64,000 nucleotides of DNA from Escherichia phage VEc20, in the sequence record MN022785.1; one strand, written 5' to 3'. The notes beneath the pieces are model-generated. The model had not been told where the DNA came from. It saw only the letters and a list, made by a program, of their open reading frames with translations, and did not search any database. Below, piece by piece: positions 10,566 through 21,318 of this stretch. Every line of letters begins with the position of its first letter. The stretch's first letter is position 1. A program made the position numbers and the translations under genes.

Positions 10566-11984
10566 TTATGGATAGGTATAGATGATACCAGTTTCTAAAG
10601 CAGTTTTATGAATGATATATCCATTACGCGATTCTTGGACATCAACTTCTGGATAGTCTTTCATCATCTTCTGAAGAGTGTAACGATGCAGGTAGTATTT
10701 ACTATCTGGATCTTCAGTTTTCCAATCTTTACCTTCTTCAGTCATTTTTTGAATTTCATCCATAACCCACCAACCGCACCAGATGTAAGCTGAGCTACGG
10801 TGTGGAAGAGGATGAACATAAGGTAATTCACCTTCTGGTTCTGGAGCAACTTTATCAGTTACCTGAACTTGACCTTCTGCCGTAATAGTTTTGCTATCAT
10901 AATCAGCAGCAGTAACAGTTGCAGTAACTTCAATAGTTTGACTTCCAATAGATGAGGTATCAACAGTATATACGTTAGTTGACCCTTCCACAGGAGAAGA
11001 ATCTTTCTTCCATGAGTAAGTAATTTGTGCTGCTTCAGGTGCGCCATTAACATTAGCAGTAAATGTAGCCGAAGCATCTTGCTGAACATTAATAGAAGGA
11101 GGAGTCAATGTAACCTGTGGATTCATTGTCTTCTTATTAACTGTCAATGATACTTCATTGGAAGTAACTTCCTTTTCATTATAATTTTCTGCAGTTACTT
11201 GGGCTACGCATTTAATTCTTTTTACTCCACTTGTAGTTGGAGTATAGTTAAATGTAGAGTTAGTTTCTCCACCAACTTGTGAATCATCTACATACCACTG
11301 ATACGTAGCAGACGCTCCGTCAGGTTGAGAAGCTAATGCAGCAGTAAATTGAACCGGGGTTCCAATTACTCCAGCAGCAGGACTAGCAGGAGTTACTGCC
11401 AAGGTAGTTGTCTGTGTCTTTTTATTAACTGTCAATGATACTTCATTGGAAGTAACGCTCAGTGCATCATAATCTGTCGCAGTTACTTGAGCTACACACT
11501 TAATTTTTTTAACTCCGCTTGTAGTAGGAGTATAATTGAATGTAGCAGAAGTTGCTTCGCTCACAGGAGAACCGTCAACGTACCATTGATACGTAGCAGA
11601 TGCGCCCGATGGCTGTGAAGCTAAGGCAGCAGTAAATTCAACGGCTGTTCCGATTACTCCTTCTGGAGGACTATTAGGAGTTACAGCTAAGGTAGTTGTT
11701 TGTGTCTTATTTTGAACTGTGATAGTTGTACTAATTTCAGCTGTTTCAGCTTCAGAATCAGGAATAGTATTTGTTGCAACTACCTTAATAGTCTTTTGAC
11801 CAGCAGGTCCTTTTAATACATAATCAAAAGTTGCTGCTGATCCTTCTTGGGGAGCATTATCTACGCTCCAAGCATAGGTAATAGTTCCACCTCCAGTTTC
11901 ACCACTGGGTGTAGCAGTAAACTGCTTGGTTTCATCAATAACCCCTGTCGGTGTTTTAGGAGTTATATCAACTGTAAAAGTCAT
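10566..11984 (-). CDS. hoc: Hoc outer capsid decoration protein with four Ig-like domains plus C-terminal capsid-binding domain
   Basis: 472 aa; repeated Ig-like units with conserved W/Y/C pattern; two central units about 85% identical; synteny. Confidence 0.85.
   Translation of the reverse strand: MTFTVDITPKTPTGVIDETKQFTATPSGETGGGTITYAWSVDNAPQEGSAATFDYVLKGPAGQKTIKVVATNTIPDSEAETAEISTTITVQNKTQTTTLAVTPNSPPEGVIGTAVEFTAALASQPSGASATYQWYVDGSPVSEATSATFNYTPTTSGVKKIKCVAQVTATDYDALSVTSNEVSLTVNKKTQTTTLAVTPASPAAGVIGTPVQFTAALASQPDGASATYQWYVDDSQVGGETNSTFNYTPTTSGVKRIKCVAQVTAENYNEKEVTSNEVSLTVNKKTMNPQVTLTPPSINVQQDASATFTANVNGAPEAAQITYSWKKDSSPVEGSTNVYTVDTSSIGSQTIEVTATVTAADYDSKTITAEGQVQVTDKVAPEPEGELPYVHPLPHRSSAYIWCGWWVMDEIQKMTEEGKDWKTEDPDSKYYLHRYTLQKMMKDYPEVDVQESRNGYIIHKTALETGIIYTYP
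11120..11695 (-). repeat. tandem 288-bp duplication inside hoc (two adjacent Ig-domain coding units)
   Basis: near-identical 35-mer TTATTAACTGTCAATGATACTTCATTGGAAGTAAC at about 11134 and 11422; protein repeats QTTTLAVTP...VSLTVNKKT twice. Confidence 0.8.
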
Positions 11985-11993
11985 AAGTTATCC

Positions 11994-12674
11994 TTATTTT
12001 AATGTTACGAAAGAAGAATTACGTGTTTCACGAATTAGAACTGATCCGTCACGATTAATGTAGTAAATTAAGCTAAATAAAGTTTGGTGTGCCGACGCAT
12101 GTTCAAAACTAGTTGGATGAGATTTCCAATCAGGAGTTTCAGCGATCCATTGATAAATCCACCAAGGAACCGTACAGAATCCTGGATTTTTCCCCAATAA
12201 TTGAAGATTCGGGCTAAAGTTTTCCGGAAGAGTAAATACAGACGGCTTTTCAGATTCAATAATCTCAGCTACAGCTTGTTCGAATTTTTCTTCAACAAAA
12301 GGAGTATCTTCAATCAAAACATCAGTATTTTCAGGAATTTTATCCGTTTCTACCACTTCAATTTTAATATCAGATTTAACTGGAGAATCAATCAGAAGTG
12401 CTGCTTCTGGATTAACTTCTTCATCGTCATATTTTAACCCCTCTGCAGCATCAGCAGCATCAATTAAGTCTTTAATAGATAACCCATCAGTCTCTGGCAT
12501 AGGTTCACTAGCGAGCTTCTGGAGGGCTTCTTCAATATCAGCAACGATATTATCAAAAGATTTATTCTTTTTGACCTTTATACCAAACTGTTCAGCATAT
12601 TCAGCTAATTTAGCTTTAGCTTCTTTATTATCATCAAGAGCCTTCAGCTCTGCAATATAATCTTTATCTATCAT
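11994..12674 (-). CDS. inh: inhibitor of prohead protease
   Basis: 226 aa, acidic; position between hoc and segE; length matches T4 Inh from memory. Confidence 0.65.
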   Translation of the reverse strand: MIDKDYIAELKALDDNKEAKAKLAEYAEQFGIKVKKNKSFDNIVADIEEALQKLASEPMPETDGLSIKDLIDAADAAEGLKYDDEEVNPEAALLIDSPVKSDIKIEVVETDKIPENTDVLIEDTPFVEEKFEQAVAEIIESEKPSVFTLPENFSPNLQLLGKNPGFCTVPWWIYQWIAETPDWKSHPTSFEHASAHQTLFSLIYYINRDGSVLIRETRNSSFVTLK

Positions 12675-12723
12675 AATATTTCCTCAGTATAAATATAGAT
12701 ATATTTATTACTCGGAAAATAGT

Positions 12724-13341
12724 ATGTACCACTTTGTATATGAAACAACAAATCTAATAAATGGTAAAAAGTATATAGGAAAACACTCTACTGATGACTT
12801 GAATGATGGTTACCTTGGTTCCGGTAAGGCAATTCAGCAGGCTATAAAGAAATATGGTGAAAACAATTTCTCTAGAACAATACTAAAAGAGTTTAAAACT
12901 TCCGAAGAAGCGTACATGTATGAAGAAGAAATTATAACTCCTGAACTAATAAAAAGCAAAAATTATTATAATATGAAACCTGGTGGAATTGGTGGAATTG
13001 TTATGACTACAGAGGTTATAGCAAAGATGAAAGAATCTTCCGCTAAAAGATTTGAAAACTCACCAGGCACGGTATTAGGTAAAACTTGTTACACCAATGG
13101 AACTAAAAATATTTTTATTAAACCTGGAGAACTTGTTCCAGAAGGATTTGTAAAAGGGATGGTTCATCCTAATAGAAAGTCCAGAAAAGGATGTAAAGTC
13201 AAACCGACTACCACAGGAACTTTTTGGGTCAATAATGGCGCAATAAATAAATTAATACAACCAGACGGTATTATTCCCGACGGATTTATTAAAGGTCGTC
13301 TCATGAAAAGAGATTCTAAAGGCAAATTTAGTAAGGCATAA
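12724..13341 (+). CDS. segE: GIY-YIG homing endonuclease
   Basis: N-terminal HFVYETTN...KKYIGKH GIY-YIG motif; located between inh and uvsW as in T4. Confidence 0.75.
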   Translation: MYHFVYETTNLINGKKYIGKHSTDDLNDGYLGSGKAIQQAIKKYGENNFSRTILKEFKTSEEAYMYEEEIITPELIKSKNYYNMKPGGIGGIVMTTEVIAKMKESSAKRFENSPGTVLGKTCYTNGTKNIFIKPGELVPEGFVKGMVHPNRKSRKGCKVKPTTTGTFWVNNGAINKLIQPDGIIPDGFIKGRLMKRDSKGKFSKA

Positions 13342-13343
13342 TT

Positions 13344-14852
13344 ATGGATATTAAAGTACATTTTCACGACTTCAGTCATGTACGCATCGATTGTGAAGAG
13401 AGCACGTTCCACGAATTAAGAGATTTCTTTTCGTTTGAGGCCGATGGATATAGATTTAACCCTCGCTTCAGATATGGCAACTGGGATGGGCGAATCCGTC
13501 TTTTAGATTATAATCGTCTTCTTCCATTCGGCTTAGTCGGGCAAATTAAAAAGTTCTGCGATAACTTTGGCTATAAAGCCTGGATTGACCCACAGATTAA
13601 CGAAAAAGAAGAATTATCAAGAAAAGATTTTGATGAATGGCTTTCTAAATTAGAAATCTATTCAGGAAATAAAAGAATTGAACCGCATTGGTATCAAAAA
13701 GATGCAGTGTTCGAAGGATTAGTTAATCGTCGTAGAATTCTTAATCTTCCAACATCCGCTGGTAAATCGTTAATTCAAGCTTTGCTTGCGCGATATTATT
13801 TGGAAAATTATGAAGGTAAAATTCTTATCATTGTTCCAACAACTGCTCTAACAACTCAGATGGCTGATGACTTCGTTGACTATCGTTTATTCAGTCATGC
13901 AATGATAAAGAAAATTGGTGGCGGAGCATCAAAAGATGATAAATATAAAAATGATGCACCAGTCGTTGTTGGTACATGGCAAACTGTAGTAAAACAACCG
14001 AAAGAATGGTTCTCACAGTTTGGAATGATGATGAATGATGAATGCCATCTTGCTACAGGAAAAAGTATTTCATCTATCATATCAGGTTTAAATAACTGCA
14101 TGTTCAAATTTGGTCTATCTGGTTCATTACGTGATGGCAAAGCCAATATCATGCAGTATGTTGGAATGTTTGGTGAAATATTTAAGCCAGTAACGACTTC
14201 TAAGTTAATGGAAGATGGACAAGTAACTGAGCTAAAAATTAATAGTATTTTTCTTCGCTATCCCGATGAGTTCACTACTAAATTAAAGGGAAAAACTTAT
14301 CAAGAAGAAATAAAAATTATTACGGGGCTTAGTAAAAGAAATAAATGGATCGCTAAATTGGCTATTAAGCTTGCACAAAAAGATGAAAACGCTTTTGTCA
14401 TGTTTAAACATGTATCACATGGTAAAGCTATTTTCGATTTAATTAAAAATGAATACGATAAAGTTTATTACGTATCAGGGGAAGTTGATACCGAAACCCG
14501 CAATATAATGAAAACCTTAGCTGAAAATGGTAAAGGAATAATTATAGTAGCTAGTTATGGTGTATTTTCTACTGGTATTTCAGTTAAAAATCTGCATCAC
14601 GTTGTTTTAGCGCACGGTGTTAAATCAAAAATCATTGTATTACAAACAATCGGTCGTGTATTACGTAAGCATGGTTCTAAAACAATCGCAACAGTCTGGG
14701 ACCTCATAGATGACTGTGGTGTCAAGCCAAAATCTGCTAATACTAAAAAGAAATATGTTCACTTGAACTATCTTTTAAAACACGGCATTGATCGTATTCA
14801 GCGCTACGCAGATGAAAAATTTAATTACGTAATGAAAACAGTTAATTTATAA
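13344..14852 (+). CDS. uvsW: UvsW RNA-DNA and DNA-DNA helicase
   Basis: 502 aa; N-terminus MDIKVHFHDFSHVRIDC matches T4 UvsW; helicase motifs DECH. Confidence 0.9.
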   Translation: MDIKVHFHDFSHVRIDCEESTFHELRDFFSFEADGYRFNPRFRYGNWDGRIRLLDYNRLLPFGLVGQIKKFCDNFGYKAWIDPQINEKEELSRKDFDEWLSKLEIYSGNKRIEPHWYQKDAVFEGLVNRRRILNLPTSAGKSLIQALLARYYLENYEGKILIIVPTTALTTQMADDFVDYRLFSHAMIKKIGGGASKDDKYKNDAPVVVGTWQTVVKQPKEWFSQFGMMMNDECHLATGKSISSIISGLNNCMFKFGLSGSLRDGKANIMQYVGMFGEIFKPVTTSKLMEDGQVTELKINSIFLRYPDEFTTKLKGKTYQEEIKIITGLSKRNKWIAKLAIKLAQKDENAFVMFKHVSHGKAIFDLIKNEYDKVYYVSGEVDTETRNIMKTLAENGKGIIIVASYGVFSTGISVKNLHHVVLAHGVKSKIIVLQTIGRVLRKHGSKTIATVWDLIDDCGVKPKSANTKKKYVHLNYLLKHGIDRIQRYADEKFNYVMKTVNL

Positions 14853-14864
14853 GGGCTTCGGCCC
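14853..14864 (+). terminator. GC hairpin GGGC-TTCG-GCCC after uvsW
   Basis: seen in sequence. Confidence 0.35.
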
Positions 14865-14877
14865 TTTGGAGAAAAAG

Positions 14878-15108
14878 ATGTTACTAGAATTTAAACAATT
14901 TCTTTATGAAGCTTCTATTGATGAATTTATGGGTAAAATTGCCTCTTGTCAAACATTAGAAGGTTTAGAAGAACTTGAAGCTTATTATAAGAAAAGAGTT
15001 AAAGAAACTGAATTAAAAGATACTGATGACATCTCAGTCAGAGATGCTTTGGCAGGAAAAAGAGCTGAATTAGAAGATTCAGACGATGAAGTAGAAGAAA
15101 GCTTTTAA
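14878..15108 (+). CDS. uvsW.1: UvsW.1 small acidic protein
   Basis: 76 aa from ATG preceded by GGAG; matches T4 UvsW.1 from memory. Confidence 0.6.
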   Translation: MLLEFKQFLYEASIDEFMGKIASCQTLEGLEELEAYYKKRVKETELKDTDDISVRDALAGKRAELEDSDDEVEESF

Positions 15109-15163
15109 ATTAAAAAAGGCCCAACCAAAAAGGAAGGGCCAAAACTATAGACTAAAGGTCACA

Positions 15164-15331
15164 CTATAGCAAAAGTTGCGTTTCATTTAATTGTTCTTCC
15201 GAACTTTCTGAAACTGGTAGTTCTTTAATGTAATTATAGCAAGGCCCAGGATGTACAGGACCTTTGTCTGTTTCAACAACCAATGCAGAATCGATTGGAG
15301 TTTTACAGACAACACAAATCTTATCTGACAT
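15164..15331 (-). CDS. small Cys-containing protein (uvsY.-2-like position), below track size cutoff
   Basis: 55-codon ORF hand-translated: MSDKICVVCKTPIDSALVVETDKGPVHPGPCYNY...; CxxC...C pattern. Confidence 0.35.
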   Translation of the reverse strand: MSDKICVVCKTPIDSALVVETDKGPVHPGPCYNYIKELPVSESSEEQLNETQLLL

Positions 15332-15359
15332 GATTGTCTCCTCTGAATTATATATCTAT

Positions 15360-15584
15360 TTATACAACTCTCATATGCATATCAATGCCCATATCTTTAG
15401 AATAAAAATATTCATCAAGATATCCGGCAAATTTTCCTTTAATATAAAGAACATCTTCACCGCACGGGTGGTCAGCCAGGATACGAATATCCTGACGCTT
15501 GAGATTATACTTTTTCATTAAGAATTGAATTTCCGTTTCAAATTCTTCTTCATAATTAAAAGCATCATCAATGCTATATCTCAT
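15360..15584 (-). CDS. hypothetical protein (uvsY.-1-like position)
   Basis: 74-aa ORF, start overlaps uvsY stop. Confidence 0.5.
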   Translation of the reverse strand: MRYSIDDAFNYEEEFETEIQFLMKKYNLKRQDIRILADHPCGEDVLYIKGKFAGYLDEYFYSKDMGIDMHMRVV

Positions 15585-15997
15585 TATTTTCCAGCCTCAA
15601 ATGCTCGCATGTCTTGAATATGCTTAATAGCAAATCCACGTGATTTAATAGCATCAAGAGCTCCGCTACAGAAATCTAATAAAATCCCCCAATACTGTAA
15701 CGAGGTATCAACCTTTAAAACATCCTTATCAGCTGATAGAACTGTCTTCATTTCTGATTTCTCGTAACGATCCATACTAAATTCATCACCATCTCCTCGT
15801 CCCGAGTAGTAGTCTAATTTAGCTTTAAGAGCAACTTTTTTCTGTGCTTCAATTCTAAGCATTTCCTTTTTAATACTTGAATGCTTATTAAGCCATTTAC
15901 TATATAACATCACATTATTAGCTGCTTCATATTGTAATTTAGTCGAATCTATAAACACATCTTTCTTCAATTCTTCTTGAAGATCTTCTAATTTCAT
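15584..15997 (-). CDS. uvsY: UvsY recombination mediator
   Basis: 137 aa; synteny and resemblance to T4 UvsY. Confidence 0.85.
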   Translation of the reverse strand: MKLEDLQEELKKDVFIDSTKLQYEAANNVMLYSKWLNKHSSIKKEMLRIEAQKKVALKAKLDYYSGRGDGDEFSMDRYEKSEMKTVLSADKDVLKVDTSLQYWGILLDFCSGALDAIKSRGFAIKHIQDMRAFEAGK

Positions 15998-16035
15998 ACT
16001 GTTCTCTATTCAATTGTTATTGGATGGACTTAGAT

Positions 16036-16068
16036 TCATTATACCACGTTTATACGTGAAGCATTATA
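16036..16068 (-). promoter_or_regulatory. putative middle promoter (MotA box TGCTT plus -10 TATAAT) upstream of uvsY
   Basis: minus strand reads TAATGCTTCACGTATAAACGTGGTATAAT. Confidence 0.35.
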
Positions 16069-16462
16069 CTCTATTACTGGAAGCCAGTTGCAGTTTTATC
16101 TGCTCAATATCATCAGGGTTATCAATGACCGAAAAGCGTATTTCTACTATCAGAGTATAATCATCATAAACCGGTATTACATTAACTGCTAATTTATCAA
16201 TACGTGGCTCATAGTTTCTTACTGCGCTTTCGATGTTACGCTCAACCGTATCAGCAGTAAGAGGAGTCATATTTTCAAAAAGCTGATCTGATAAATCACA
16301 TCCAAATTCAGGGTCAAAAGGTCTCGACCCCTTTCTGGTTGTAATAATTCCTAAAAGACTGTTTTTAATTGACCTTAATCCAAGAGATCTGGAAACGTCT
16401 TTGTCCCAATCCATTTTCATTTCTGGGTCAATGTCAGAATAAAGCTTATTAATATTTGCCAT
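16064..16462 (-). CDS. 25: baseplate wedge protein
   Basis: 132 aa; synteny; resembles T4 gp25. Confidence 0.85.
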   Translation of the reverse strand: MANINKLYSDIDPEMKMDWDKDVSRSLGLRSIKNSLLGIITTRKGSRPFDPEFGCDLSDQLFENMTPLTADTVERNIESAVRNYEPRIDKLAVNVIPVYDDYTLIVEIRFSVIDNPDDIEQIKLQLASSNRV

Positions 16463-17088
16463 TACAATAGCTCAAAGAATTCTTTGAGTCCTCTTATTAC
16501 ATGAGCGTGAGATTTTCCACACTCTGGACACTTAATTGGAACAGCCAAATAAACAGTAGGCTTTAAAAGCATATCTTTTATAGCTACAATATCTGACTCT
16601 GTGATGATAGAATATAAATCTTCCAACTCTTTTTCATTCAAGTCTTCAATTGGAATGCTTTCCCCGTTAGCATGAATCGTTTCTATGCATGATACTATCA
16701 TGTGGGCTATATTTTTATCATCAAAAATTTTAGGGTAATGGAACTTAATTTTGATGTCACCCAGTGTATACCAGAGGTCTTCTGGTGCATCTATTTGTGT
16801 ATGTAATAGATTTATATGGGTTGGTATTTCAGTTCCACAGGTGCACTTCCAGGAGTTTTCGTGATTAACTTCGCCGAGAGAATGTGCCCATAAATGAATC
16901 AACAATAGTTCTGATTCTTGGCGGTTTAAATCTTTTGCATTTGTGCAGTCTTTGATTAGCTTTTTAACAATTACTTCTACGGAACCATTATTTTTGGCAG
17001 TAATAAGTTCTAGATATTCTTTAAGCGTGAATGCGCGACAATTGATTATTTTAGAACCAACTCTCACATCAAATTTGTATTCATACAT
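16462..17088 (-). CDS. 26: baseplate hub protein
   Basis: 208 aa; synteny. Confidence 0.8.
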   Translation of the reverse strand: MYEYKFDVRVGSKIINCRAFTLKEYLELITAKNNGSVEVIVKKLIKDCTNAKDLNRQESELLLIHLWAHSLGEVNHENSWKCTCGTEIPTHINLLHTQIDAPEDLWYTLGDIKIKFHYPKIFDDKNIAHMIVSCIETIHANGESIPIEDLNEKELEDLYSIITESDIVAIKDMLLKPTVYLAVPIKCPECGKSHAHVIRGLKEFFELL

Positions 17089-17109
17089 ATTTAGCTCCTT
17101 TATTTATCA

Positions 17110-17121
17110 TATTTATAAATA
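17110..17121. promoter_or_regulatory. overlapping divergent late promoter motifs between genes 26 and 51
   Basis: TATTTATAAATA contains TATAAATA on both strands. Confidence 0.5.
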
Positions 17122-17138
17122 GAATAAAAGGAGCATCT

Positions 17139-17888
17139 ATGGCAAACATTATTCGTTGTAAATTACCAGATGGTGTTCATCGTTTTAAACCATTTACGGT
17201 AGAAGATTATCGAGATTTTTTGTTAGTTCGAAACGATATAGAACATCGGTCACCACAAGAACAAAAAGAAATAATTACTGATTTAATTGATGATTATTTT
17301 GGAGACTATCCGAAGACTTGGCAACCATTTATATTTTTGCAGGTATTTGTAGGGTCAATAGGTAAAACTAAAGTACCAGTCACATTCGTATGTCCAAAAT
17401 GTAAAAAAGAAAAGACAGTTCCATTTGAAATATATCAAAAAGAATTAAAGGAACCTGTTTTTGATGTAGCTAATGTTAAAATTAAATTAAAGTTTCCTTC
17501 TGAGTTTTATGAAAATAAAGCAAAGATGATTACTGAAAATATTCATTCCGTCCAAGTAGATGAAATTTGGTATGATTGGAAGGAAATTAGCGAGTCCAGT
17601 CAAATAGAACTAGTTGACGCCATCGAGATAGAAACATTAGAAAAAATTCTCGATGCAATGAATCCTATTAATTTAACTCTACATATGTCATGCTGTAATA
17701 AGTACATTAAAAAATACACTGATATAGTAGACGTGTTTAAGCTATTAGTTAACCCAGATGAGATATTTACTTTTTATCAAATTAATCACACACTCGTAAA
17801 AAGTAATTATAGCTTAAATTCAATAATGAAAATGATTCCTGCCGAGCGCGGATTCGTATTAAAACTGATTGAGAAGGATAAACAATAA
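17139..17888 (+). CDS. 51: baseplate hub assembly protein
   Basis: 249 aa; synteny. Confidence 0.8.
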   Translation: MANIIRCKLPDGVHRFKPFTVEDYRDFLLVRNDIEHRSPQEQKEIITDLIDDYFGDYPKTWQPFIFLQVFVGSIGKTKVPVTFVCPKCKKEKTVPFEIYQKELKEPVFDVANVKIKLKFPSEFYENKAKMITENIHSVQVDEIWYDWKEISESSQIELVDAIEIETLEKILDAMNPINLTLHMSCCNKYIKKYTDIVDVFKLLVNPDEIFTFYQINHTLVKSNYSLNSIMKMIPAERGFVLKLIEKDKQ

Positions 17889-19063
17889 TGAGTATGTTGC
17901 AACGCCCCGGATATCCAAATCTCAGCGTTAAATTATTTGATAGCTACGACGCTTGGAGTAATAATAGATTTGTTGAATTAGCTGCTACTATTACCACATT
18001 AACTATGCGGGATTCTCTTTATGGCCGAAATGAAGGAATGCTGCAGTTTTATGATTCTAAAAACATCCATACAAAAATGGATGGAAATGAAATAATTCAG
18101 ATTTCTGTAGCTAATGCAAATGATATTAATAATGTTAAAACACGAATTTATGGATGTAAGCATTTTTCCGTGTCAGTAGATTCAAAAGGTGATAACATCA
18201 TTGCTATTGAATTGGGAACTATTCATTCTATAGAAAATCTTAAATTTGGTAGACCATTTTTCCCTGATGCGGGTGAATCTATAAAAGAAATGCTTGGCGT
18301 CATTTATCAAGACCGTACATTATTAACTCCAGCGATAAATGCTATAAATGCTTATGTTCCTGATATTCCATGGACTAGCACATTTGAAAACTATTTGTCA
18401 TATGTCAGAGAAGTTGCTCTAGCTGTAGGAAGCGACAAATTTGTATTTGTGTGGCAAGACATCATGGGAGTTAACATGATGGACTATGATATGATGATAA
18501 ATCAAGAACCATATCCAATGATTGTCGGTGAGCCATCTTTAATAGGTCAATTTGTCCAAGAATTAAAATATCCATTAGCATATGATTTTGTTTGGTTGAC
18601 TAAATCGAATCCTCACAAACGTGACCCAATGAAAAACGCTACTATCTATGCGCATTCATTTTTAGATTCTTCATTGCCAATGATTACTACAGGAAAGGGT
18701 GAAAACTCTATTGTAGTGTCAAGGTCAGGTGCTTATTCTGAAATGACTTATAGGAATGGATATGAAGAAGCTATTCGTCTTCAAACTATGGCACAATATG
18801 ACGGCTATGCTAAATGTTCTACTGTCGGTAATTTTAACTTGACTCCTGGTGTTAAAATTATTTTTAATGATAGTAAAAACCAATTTAAAACAGAATTTTA
18901 CGTTGATGAAGTTATCCATGAATTATCCAATAATAATTCAGTAACTCATCTATATATGTTCACTAATGCAACGAAACTGGAAACAATAGACCCAGTTAAG
19001 GTTAAAAATGAATTTAAATCTGATACTACCACTGAAGAAAGTAGTTCTTCCAATAAGCAATAA
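17888..19063 (+). CDS. 27: baseplate hub protein
   Basis: 391 aa; synteny. Confidence 0.85.
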   Translation: MSMLQRPGYPNLSVKLFDSYDAWSNNRFVELAATITTLTMRDSLYGRNEGMLQFYDSKNIHTKMDGNEIIQISVANANDINNVKTRIYGCKHFSVSVDSKGDNIIAIELGTIHSIENLKFGRPFFPDAGESIKEMLGVIYQDRTLLTPAINAINAYVPDIPWTSTFENYLSYVREVALAVGSDKFVFVWQDIMGVNMMDYDMMINQEPYPMIVGEPSLIGQFVQELKYPLAYDFVWLTKSNPHKRDPMKNATIYAHSFLDSSLPMITTGKGENSIVVSRSGAYSEMTYRNGYEEAIRLQTMAQYDGYAKCSTVGNFNLTPGVKIIFNDSKNQFKTEFYVDEVIHELSNNNSVTHLYMFTNATKLETIDPVKVKNEFKSDTTTEESSSSNKQ

Positions 19064-19541
19064 AGAAGTTTCTATTCCTAAAATGGGTCTTAAACATTAT
19101 AACATTTTAAAAGATGTTAAAGGTCCTGATGAAAATTTAAAACTTCTTATTGATTCTATTTGTCCGAATTTATCGCCGGCAGAAGTTGATTTCGTTTCTA
19201 TTCATTTATTGGAATTTAATGGAAAGATTAAATCTCGTAAAGAAATAGATGGCTATACTTATGACATTAATGATGTCTATGTATGCCAAAGATTGGAATT
19301 TCAATACCAAGGAAATACATTTTATTTTAGACCTCCTGGAAAATTTGAACAATTTTTAACGGTGAGCGATATGTTATCTAAATGCTTGCTTAAGGTCAAC
19401 GATGAAGTTAAAGAAATTAATTTTCTTGAGATGCCAGCATTCGTTTTAAAATGGGCAAATGATATTTTTACAACTTTAGCAATTCCTGGCCCTAATGGTC
19501 CAATAACTGGAATTGGCAATATTATTGGATTATTTGAATGA
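19008..19541 (+). CDS. 28: baseplate hub distal subunit
   Basis: 177 aa; overlaps gene 27 3' end; synteny. Confidence 0.75.
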   Translation: MNLNLILPLKKVVLPISNKEVSIPKMGLKHYNILKDVKGPDENLKLLIDSICPNLSPAEVDFVSIHLLEFNGKIKSRKEIDGYTYDINDVYVCQRLEFQYQGNTFYFRPPGKFEQFLTVSDMLSKCLLKVNDEVKEINFLEMPAFVLKWANDIFTTLAIPGPNGPITGIGNIIGLFE

Positions 19542-21310
19542 AAAAGCCACAAGAAATGCAAACGATGCGTAGAAAAGTTATTTCAGATAATAAACCAACA
19601 CAGGAAGCGGCTAAATCCGCTTCCAACACTTTATCTGGGCTTAATGACATTTCTACAAAATTGGATGATGCTCAAGCTGCTTCTGAATTAATTGCTCAAA
19701 CTGTCGAAGAAAAATCGAATGAAATAATTGGAGCAATTGACAATGTAGAAAGTGCAGTGAGTGATACTACTGCTGGTTCTGAGTTAATTGCTGAAACTGT
19801 CGAAATTGGCAACAATATTAATAAAGAAATCGGTGAATCACTCGGAAGCAAATTAGATAAATTAACAAGTTTACTAGAGCAAAAAATCCAGACAGCTGGA
19901 ATTCAACAGACTGGAACTAGTTTAGCCACTGTTGAAAGCGCTATTCCTGTTAAAGTCGTTGAGGATGATACTGCCGAATCTGTGGGTCCTTTATTACCAG
20001 CTCCCGAAGCAGTTAATAATGATCCTGACGCTGATTTTTTCCCTACCCCTCAACCAGTTGAACCCAAACAAGAATCGCCAGAAGAAAAACAGAAAAAAGA
20101 AGCATTTAACTTAAAATTATCTCAAGCTTTAGATAAATTAACAAAGACTGTTGATTTTGGATTTAAGAAATCCATTTCAATTAGTGATAAAATATCAAGC
20201 ATGTTATTTAAGTACACCATAAGTGCTGCTATTGAAGCTGCTAAAATGACTGCAATGATATTGGCTGTTGTTGTTGGAATAGACCTTTTGATGGTTCATT
20301 TTAAATACTGGTCAGATAAATTTTCAAAAGCCTGGGATTTATTTAATACTGACTTTACTAAATTCTCTAGCGAAACCGGAACATGGGGTCCTTTATTACA
20401 GAGCATCTTTAGTTCTATTGATGAAATTAAAAAGTTTTGGGAAGCCGGAGATTGGGGTGGATTGACAGTAGCTATTGTTGAAGGGCTTGGAAGTGTTCTT
20501 TATAATTTAGGAGAGCTTATTCAATTAGGTATGGCTAAATTATCTGCAGCAATTCTTCGAGTCATTCCTGGCATGAAGGATACTGCTGATGAAGTAGAAG
20601 GAAGAGCATTAGAAAATTTCCAAAATTCTACTGGAGCATCTCTTAATAAAGAAGACCAAGAAAAAGTAGCAAATTATCAAGATAAACGAATGAATGATGA
20701 TCTTGGCCCAATAGCAAAAGGATTAGACAAAATTGCGAACTGGAAAACTCGTGCATCTAACTGGATTCGTGGTGTAGATAATAAAGAAGCATTGACTACT
20801 GACGAAGAACGTGCAGCAGAAGAAGAAAAATTAAAACAACTTTCACCGGAAGAAAGAAAAAATGCTTTAATGAAAGCTAATGAAGCTCGTGCTGCGATGA
20901 TTCGTTTTGAAAAATATGCTGATTCAGCTGATATGAGCAAAGACTCGACAGTTAAATCAATTGAAGCTGCTCATGAAGACCTTAAAAAACGAATGAATGA
21001 TCCGGATTTAAATAATTCACCAGCAGTTAAAAAAGAACTTGCTTCTAGATTTGCTAAAATTGATGCCACTTATCAAGAGCTCAAGAAAAATCAACCTGAA
21101 GCAAAACCTGAAACTTCTGCTAAATCACCAGAAGCAAAACAGGTCCAGGTGATTGAAAAGAACAAAGCACAGCAAGCTCCTGTTCAACAAGCATCTCCTT
21201 CAATCAATAATACTAATAATGTTATTAAGAAAAATACTGTCGTTCATAATATGACACCCGTAACGAGCACGACTGCTCCTGGTGTATTTGATGCGACTGG
21301 AGTTAATTAA
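19538..21310 (+). CDS. 29: tail tube tape-measure/hub protein
   Basis: 590 aa; synteny. Confidence 0.85.
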   Translation: MKKPQEMQTMRRKVISDNKPTQEAAKSASNTLSGLNDISTKLDDAQAASELIAQTVEEKSNEIIGAIDNVESAVSDTTAGSELIAETVEIGNNINKEIGESLGSKLDKLTSLLEQKIQTAGIQQTGTSLATVESAIPVKVVEDDTAESVGPLLPAPEAVNNDPDADFFPTPQPVEPKQESPEEKQKKEAFNLKLSQALDKLTKTVDFGFKKSISISDKISSMLFKYTISAAIEAAKMTAMILAVVVGIDLLMVHFKYWSDKFSKAWDLFNTDFTKFSSETGTWGPLLQSIFSSIDEIKKFWEAGDWGGLTVAIVEGLGSVLYNLGELIQLGMAKLSAAILRVIPGMKDTADEVEGRALENFQNSTGASLNKEDQEKVANYQDKRMNDDLGPIAKGLDKIANWKTRASNWIRGVDNKEALTTDEERAAEEEKLKQLSPEERKNALMKANEARAAMIRFEKYADSADMSKDSTVKSIEAAHEDLKKRMNDPDLNNSPAVKKELASRFAKIDATYQELKKNQPEAKPETSAKSPEAKQVQVIEKNKAQQAPVQQASPSINNTNNVIKKNTVVHNMTPVTSTTAPGVFDATGVN

Positions 21311-21318
21311 GGAATAAT

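Noticed and set aside
12688-12695. TATAAATA motif upstream of segE as a late promoter
   Set aside because: The motif is exact, but it lies in a very AT-rich intergenic stretch where chance matches are likely and I cannot support late expression of segE from sequence alone.
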